DNA of 64,000 nucleotides from Thermodesulfobacteriota bacterium (lineage in GTDB: Bacteria; Desulfobacterota_D; UBA1144; Nemesobacterales; UBA2774), in NCBI GenBank assembly GCA_041753155.1, contig JBGSVA010000028.1, forward strand, positions 11,960 through 75,959, written 5' to 3'. Made by a program: the position numbers and the translations under genes. The notes beneath the pieces are model-generated. The model saw only the letters and a list, made by a program, of their open reading frames with translations, was not told the DNA's origin and did not search any database. Positions 59,354-64,000 of the stretch are shown here, piece after piece. Numbering within the stretch: position 1 is the stretch's first letter; each line of letters starts with the position of its first letter.

Positions 59354-61555
59354 ATGGTCAGGTATGTACCGTTTAACTTTCGCTCACTTGTAGTAGCAAT
59401 TCTAATTGTCATGGCGGTTAGTGATGAGGCCCTGTCAGATACCTTAATATACGTGGATAATCAAAATCCGTCCGCTTCCGATTCAAATCCTGGAACAAGC
59501 ACAGCTCCCCTGAAAACTCTAAAAAAGGCTGTTCAGTTAGCTGAGGTCAGTAACAAGCAAAATATCCCCGTAACCGTTTTTGTTCACTCAGGCACATATA
59601 GAGAGTCTTTAGCTCTTAATGCCAGCAGCACAAGTAAACCTGCTGCTATGATATTTCAGGCAGTACCATTGAATAGTGCAATCGTGTCCGGCTCGGATGT
59701 CTGGACAGGGTGGCAAAGACAAGGCAGTACGAATACCTATACCCTTAGCTGGCCTCATAACTGGGGTATTACTTATAGAGGAACGACGACCCCACAGATA
59801 GTAGGACGTAGAGAGATGGTATTTGTAAATGGCACATCGTTAAAGCAAGTCCTTTCGTTGACTAACTTAACAAATAATTCTTTTTTTGTAGATGAAGCTG
59901 CCGATAAGATTTATATCTCTACAGGGACTAATGTTACCAGTGCAAAAGTCGAGGTTGCTATTCGTCCTGGACTGTTTGTTGTAAATAGCAGGACGAATAT
60001 AACTATAAAAGGGTTTGTATTTCAACACGACACTTCTTGGGGAGATCTTAGTGCGGTACGAATGGATAAGGTCTCAAACATTCTTATAGAAGATACTGAT
60101 TTTCTTTGGAATGGCTGGGGAGGACTTCGTATTAATGCGTTTGATAATGTAACTGTTCGCAGGACTGTCGCTAATCATAACGGAGGTCGGGGAACGGAAA
60201 TGGTGAGAGGCACGAACCTCCTTATGGAAGATAATGAGACTTCCTATAATAACTGGCGAGGATTTTCAGGGGGTTATACCGGTCACAATGTCGCAGGCGC
60301 AAAGCATTTAAGGGTTCATGGTGCAGTATATAAGAACCACATATCTTTAGATAATAAGGCTCGAGGATTCTGGCTGGATTTTGACAGTGAAGACGTTATC
60401 TTTGACGGACTCATTTTACGTGGTAATCTGGAGGCCGGAATAAGCGTTGAAGCCAATCAGGGGCCTATTGTAATTAAGAACAGTGCTATCTGTGATAATA
60501 CTATATATGGCGGCATCATCTCTTCCAACTCCGAGAATGTGACTGTCCTGGACAGTGTCATTTATAATAATATCAATAGTCAGCTCAGATGGTTTGGGGC
60601 ATCAAACTCAAGACCGGTTAGCAATTGGGAAACAGGAGAGGAATATAACCTATTCGCTAAAAATTGGACTATTCAGGGTAATATCATAGCGGGAACCACC
60701 TCGCAACATTTTTTAATGAATGTTACGGATTCTCCCGCTGATGGATTTATAAATACACTGACGGCAAATAACAATATTTACTGGAATCCTGTTCTTATTA
60801 AGGGTTTCAGAGCGAATGGTGATTCTGATTTCAATGGGTGGAGATCCAGAACAGGACAGGAAAGCAAATCGGTCTTCACTGACCCCACGAAAGCCAGTTT
60901 AACTAGTAAACAAAAAGAACTTTTGGATGTATGTATGAGCCAGAACGTCGCTATCCACTCGGTAACCGCGTCGGCTGTCACACATAATTCTGCGGAAATA
61001 ACCTGGACCACTGGTGTGCCCGCCAACAGCAGGGTGGAGTACGGACCCACACAATCGTACGGCAGCCTGAGCACGATCGATCCGGCGCTCGTCATTCATC
61101 ACAAAGTGATACTGTCGGGCATCAGTCCGAAAACGACATACCATTTTAGAGTGATATCCAAAGATCAGTCGGGTAATACCCATGTTTCGAATGATTTTAC
61201 ATTCACTACACCGCAATTTACAGACAACGTTGCTCCCTCCACCCCTACGGTACTCACGGCAATTGTGATATCCAGTTCCCAGATCAATCTGTCATGGGGT
61301 GCTTCTACGGATAATGTCGGAGTAACCGGGTACCGTATATACCGAAATGGCTCTGTAGTTACCACAACCACTGAAACATTCTATTCGGATACCGGTCTCA
61401 CGGCGTCTACCAAATACAATTATACCGTTACGGCATTTGACGCGGCGGGTAATGAGTCAGCGAAATCCGGACAGGTTTCTGCGACCACGTTAGCGGGTTC
61501 ATCCGGGTCGCCCCCTTCTGCGCCGAGCAATCTCGAAGTGAATCCCCAACCATAA
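59354..61555 (+). CDS. Secreted right-handed parallel beta-helix (pectin-lyase-fold) protein with two C-terminal FN3 domains; candidate polysaccharide lyase/hydrolase/epimerase
   Basis: RBS GGGAGGA. Signal peptide LVVAILIVMAVSDEALSD. PbH1-like turns with repeated N[IV]T...G motifs (NITIKGFVFQHD, NVTVRRTVANHNGGRG, NVTVLDSVIYNN). FN3 motifs VTGYRIYRNGS...TKYNYTVTAFDAAGNES. Confidence 0.75.
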   Translation: MVRYVPFNFRSLVVAILIVMAVSDEALSDTLIYVDNQNPSASDSNPGTSTAPLKTLKKAVQLAEVSNKQNIPVTVFVHSGTYRESLALNASSTSKPAAMIFQAVPLNSAIVSGSDVWTGWQRQGSTNTYTLSWPHNWGITYRGTTTPQIVGRREMVFVNGTSLKQVLSLTNLTNNSFFVDEAADKIYISTGTNVTSAKVEVAIRPGLFVVNSRTNITIKGFVFQHDTSWGDLSAVRMDKVSNILIEDTDFLWNGWGGLRINAFDNVTVRRTVANHNGGRGTEMVRGTNLLMEDNETSYNNWRGFSGGYTGHNVAGAKHLRVHGAVYKNHISLDNKARGFWLDFDSEDVIFDGLILRGNLEAGISVEANQGPIVIKNSAICDNTIYGGIISSNSENVTVLDSVIYNNINSQLRWFGASNSRPVSNWETGEEYNLFAKNWTIQGNIIAGTTSQHFLMNVTDSPADGFINTLTANNNIYWNPVLIKGFRANGDSDFNGWRSRTGQESKSVFTDPTKASLTSKQKELLDVCMSQNVAIHSVTASAVTHNSAEITWTTGVPANSRVEYGPTQSYGSLSTIDPALVIHHKVILSGISPKTTYHFRVISKDQSGNTHVSNDFTFTTPQFTDNVAPSTPTVLTAIVISSSQINLSWGASTDNVGVTGYRIYRNGSVVTTTTETFYSDTGLTASTKYNYTVTAFDAAGNESAKSGQVSATTLAGSSGSPPSAPSNLEVNPQP

Positions 61556-62077
61556 AATATATGGCGTATAAGGCTGGTTACGGGTTTGTATGTGCAGTAA
61601 TTTAGTATTCAAATGTAGATCCGGATTATCTATTCACTGAAGCTGTCTTCCTCGATCATCAAAATAAACACAGTTTGTCTGACAGTTTATCTCAGGGAGT
61701 CTATTTTGATGCCGTATTTTTTTGTTGTGCTCCTCTCATCAAAGTCTCGGGGTACCATAAATGGAAAAGGAGCCTATTACCAGGAGCAATGCGTTAAAAG
61801 TTCTATTACATGTTGCTAAATCCATCCTTCTGATGTTCGTAGCGGCTGCTGTAGCGCTAATAATGACGCGTTTTCTGCTGTACTTAATCGGGAATTAACA
61901 CCATCCAAAACCGCCCCCCCTGGAATTAACGAGTCGGGGTATCCGGGACCGGTTATACTCCATCCTATAATTAATTCTCTTCTAAACGGTCTGGCCTCAA
62001 AACCTCCCCAATATTTCAATTAATTTTCTATAAGGGTTGGGAATAGTCTTTATGTTTTTCCGAGCCCGAAAATCTAG

Positions 62078-62341
62078 TCTCACATTAAGTTCCCAAGGAG
62101 GAAATGGGGACTTGCAGTTCAAAGTAGCGGAATAGAAGATGTGGTATTCCATGAAATATGACGTACTTCCGGTACGAGGCTGATCGAATTAGGGGTTCCG
62201 CTTCATTCTGTTAGTAAGCTATTAGGCCATGCGAGTATTAAAACAAACGAACGAACATATAGCCACCCATATAAGAGTATTAGAAGGGGTGTTGAGCTAT
62301 TGGATAAGCAGGATTCACAAGAAGCATGGGAAAGCGATTAA
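62078..62341 (+). pseudogene. Tyrosine recombinase (phage-integrase family) C-terminal remnant with an in-frame TGA at the catalytic Arg position
   Basis: Translation ...VVFHEI*RTSGTRLIELGVPLHSVSKLLGHASIKTNERTYSH... matches the integrase C-terminal consensus (HxLRHT...LLGHxxxxxTxxYxH, with the nucleophile Tyr in TYSH). There is no N-terminal or core domain upstream. TAG at 62075 closes the frame upstream and TGA lies at 62159. Confidence 0.7.
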
Positions 62342-62400
62342 CATCCTATTGGCAAATTGAACTTTGATAGGGTTTTCGAGCACAGGATATTCCCGATGCG

Positions 62401-62814
62401 TCAAATAACCTCAAGGGTTCCCTTCATCCCCTTCTTCAGATGGGAGCCGAACAAGCCCTTCTTGCCGCAGTAGAACCGGAACTTGCCGGTCTTGAGCGGT
62501 GTGAACGTCACCGTAACGTCTTCGCCCGAAGGTATATCGACGTCGACATCGAGCCCCGACGCGGGGTCATCGATGGTGAAATTATGGGGGGCGAGGGACG
62601 TGACGCTCCTGAGCGTCAATTCGACGGGCTTCCCCGCCTTAACTTTTATGGTGTCGGGATCGAATGAATAGCTGTCGACGACGATCTCCACCTTCTGGAC
62701 GTCGGCCTCCGGGGAGGGCGGGCTTTCCTGCGTTTGCCCGGCGTCCGCCCCTGACGAGGCGTAAGCGGAAAAAAGGATCAATAAAAAGGGAAGGATTAAT
62801 GCTGTGAATTTCAT
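62401..62814 (-). CDS. Secreted cupredoxin-like (type-1 copper) protein
   Basis: ATG at 62814 with GGAGG 7 nt upstream. Signal peptide MKFTALILPFLLILFSAYASSGADA. Ligand pattern HNF...FYCGKKGLFGSHLKKGM (Cys...His...Met). The longer track ORF (start 63051) has an Arg/Ser-rich, non-proteinlike N-terminus. Confidence 0.65.
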   Translation of the reverse strand: MKFTALILPFLLILFSAYASSGADAGQTQESPPSPEADVQKVEIVVDSYSFDPDTIKVKAGKPVELTLRSVTSLAPHNFTIDDPASGLDVDVDIPSGEDVTVTFTPLKTGKFRFYCGKKGLFGSHLKKGMKGTLEVI

Positions 62815-62878
62815 CTGTGACCTCCTTTTACCTGCGGCTCCCGAGTAACGGAAGGTGCGGTCCCTGACGGAGCCCAGT

Positions 62879-63160
62879 TCACTCGGACTGGATGGAGACG
62901 TAGTTCTGCACGTCCTTGTCGTAGGCGGTTTTTTGGCTCTGGCATTTCGTCTGGTCGCCAGCGTTGGCGTCCATGCACTGGTCAAGCGCGCTCCTCGATT
63001 TCTCGACCGACTGACGCGCCTCGTTGAGCGACTGCTTCTTCTTCGATTCATTCATCGGGTTGTCTATAGCGATATCCTTCCCTGTCTTGAGCGTGGTGCA
63101 GCAGACAGCAGGGAGGATCGAGACGACGGTCAGCGATATCAGGAGAATGCGGCGGATCAC
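62879..63160 (-). CDS. Small lipoprotein (93 aa)
   Basis: GTG start. Signal peptide plus lipobox ILLISLTVVSILPAVCC. GGGGG-type RBS upstream. The + strand alternative is a shadow. Confidence 0.45.
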   Translation of the reverse strand: MIRRILLISLTVVSILPAVCCTTLKTGKDIAIDNPMNESKKKQSLNEARQSVEKSRSALDQCMDANAGDQTKCQSQKTAYDKDVQNYVSIQSE

Positions 63161-63382
63161 TTTATTACCCCCGGGATATTTGTTCGACCGGAGTTGCGGT
63201 CGGTTGCAACATTATAATCGATATTTGCGTGTACCGCTAATAGAGGGACGGAGGGTTTTGGAACATGGCGGGGGCGCACCGGGTAGGGAATATTCCGGAC
63301 AGGTGAATCTCTCACCTGCCCGGAATTCCATCATCGCCCTTTTAGGAGTTCGGATGCCGGATATGACTAATGGGTAACCTTA

Positions 63383-63820
63383 TTAGGCGTTGAAGCGGTT
63401 GAAGTATTCACCGAAAAGCGAGAAAGCCTTTTCGATGTTTTCCTGCGCCATGGAGCGGGCGTCCTTCGCGAACTTCTCGGTCATGGTCTTGGCCGTCTGT
63501 ATCTGCTCTTTGCGGAATGTGATATAGCGGTCGAGATGATCGGATACCTTCTTGACGCTCCCGTCGTAAGGAAGATCCTTTACGAACGGCAGGTCCTTCG
63601 GGAAGTCCTTGTAGAACCCGCTGACGTTGGTCACGAATTCCTTTTCGAGGTCGAACATATGCTCGGCCTGCGCGCTGAACGCCTTAAGGTTCTGCTCGAA
63701 GAGCGAAAACGTAAAATCGAGGCCGTTAAGATAGTTCTCTTTTACGAGACCTGAAAATTCCTTTACCGGCTCTGTAAATTCCTTTACCTTTGAAGCTGAC
63801 TTCTTTGTAGTTTCGGACAT
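63383..63820 (-). CDS. Phasin-like (PHA-granule-associated-type) helical protein
   Basis: Start taken at MSETTKKSASKVKEF, with GGAGG upstream. Low-complexity helical sequence with the KxF.E..K pattern and AQAEHMFDLEKEF. The track ORF starts 81 nt earlier at GTG with an odd N-terminus. The start coordinate may be off by 1 nt. Confidence 0.5.
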   Translation of the reverse strand: MSETTKKSASKVKEFTEPVKEFSGLVKENYLNGLDFTFSLFEQNLKAFSAQAEHMFDLEKEFVTNVSGFYKDFPKDLPFVKDLPYDGSVKKVSDHLDRYITFRKEQIQTAKTMTEKFAKDARSMAQENIEKAFSLFGEYFNRFNA

Positions 63821-64000
63821 GGCGAAACCTCCTGATATTTTTTCTAAGAACAATATAAACAGGAAACGGGCGTTGTCAAGTATGTTTATTCGCAATTGCA
63901 CAAATCAATATTTGTTGCAGGGCAAGGCGTTGCGTATATTAAGGCAGTGTTAAGAGACGCATATGCTAATAATGCGGCCAGTCTCGCCGGAATCATGATC

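Noticed and set aside
61816-62019. Minus-strand 67-aa ORF between the beta-helix gene and the integrase remnant
   Set aside because: No RBS and a Gly/Pro-rich translation. The region is better explained as a decayed junction with the GGAATTAAC direct 9-mers.
62440-63377. + strand ORFs 62440-62667, 62483-62671, 62855-63217, 63024-63377, 63536-63754
   Set aside because: Antisense shadows of the cupredoxin, lipoprotein and phasin-like genes, which carry RBSs and signal peptides on the minus strand.
1-64000. Search for tRNA, rRNA and CRISPR arrays, especially at the island boundaries (14355-15240, 61560-62400)
   Set aside because: No cloverleaf-compatible 70-90-nt segment, no rRNA-like conserved blocks and no regularly spaced short repeats were recognised by eye. 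The only repeats are the 13-mer tandem cacagtaataaat x2 at about 55490-55517 and those listed above.

Overview
The window has three compositional blocks. Positions 1 to about 14.3 kb are a GC-rich (about 60% by eye) chromosomal backbone. About 14.4 to 62.4 kb is a roughly 48-kb stretch of much lower GC (about 40-48% by eye) in which nearly every gene is on the + strand. About 62.4 to 64 kb returns to the GC-rich backbone.

The left backbone carries a HEAT-repeat lipoprotein (minus strand, running off the window start), a small zinc-ribbon protein, a 1513-aa TPR-repeat protein with an unassigned N-terminal alpha/beta domain, a secreted hypothetical, hisS (minus strand), a GT4 glycosyltransferase and two tandem paralogous outer-membrane beta-barrel genes.

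The low-GC block reads as a horizontally acquired Wzx/Wzy-type polysaccharide (EPS/CPS/O-antigen-like) biosynthesis island. Its head holds a PAS-GAF-PAS-HisKA_3 sensor kinase (split by an apparent frameshift), a LuxR-type response regulator, an orphan CheY-like receiver and a NusG/UpxY-like antiterminator. These are followed by Wza, Wzc, WbaP, Wzx, Wzy, six GT4 glycosyltransferases, one GT2 and one GT26, UDP-xylose synthase and a CDP-sugar branch (rfbF, SDR, C-methyltransferase).

The second half of the island is an unusually rich decoration module:
- a three-domain fusion protein (LicD/MNT-like nucleotidyltransferase fold + P-loop kinase + APH/choline-kinase-like domain);
- a second APH-like kinase with a PhoA-type alkaline phosphatase;
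- three SGNH hydrolases;
- three zinc-ribbon C-methyltransferase-type paralogs plus a fourth methyltransferase;
- an FG-GAP beta-propeller lipoprotein;
- two large secreted proteins, one FN3-LamG-PKD-PKD-LamG and one beta-helix with two FN3 domains.

A decayed tyrosine-recombinase C-terminus (with an in-frame TGA at the catalytic Arg) sits exactly at the right-hand GC boundary. The right backbone carries a cupredoxin, a small lipoprotein and a phasin-like gene, all on the minus strand.

No rRNA, tRNA or CRISPR was found. Most of the 60+ aa ORFs in the track that overlap the real genes, on either strand, are shadow ORFs of the GC-rich genes.
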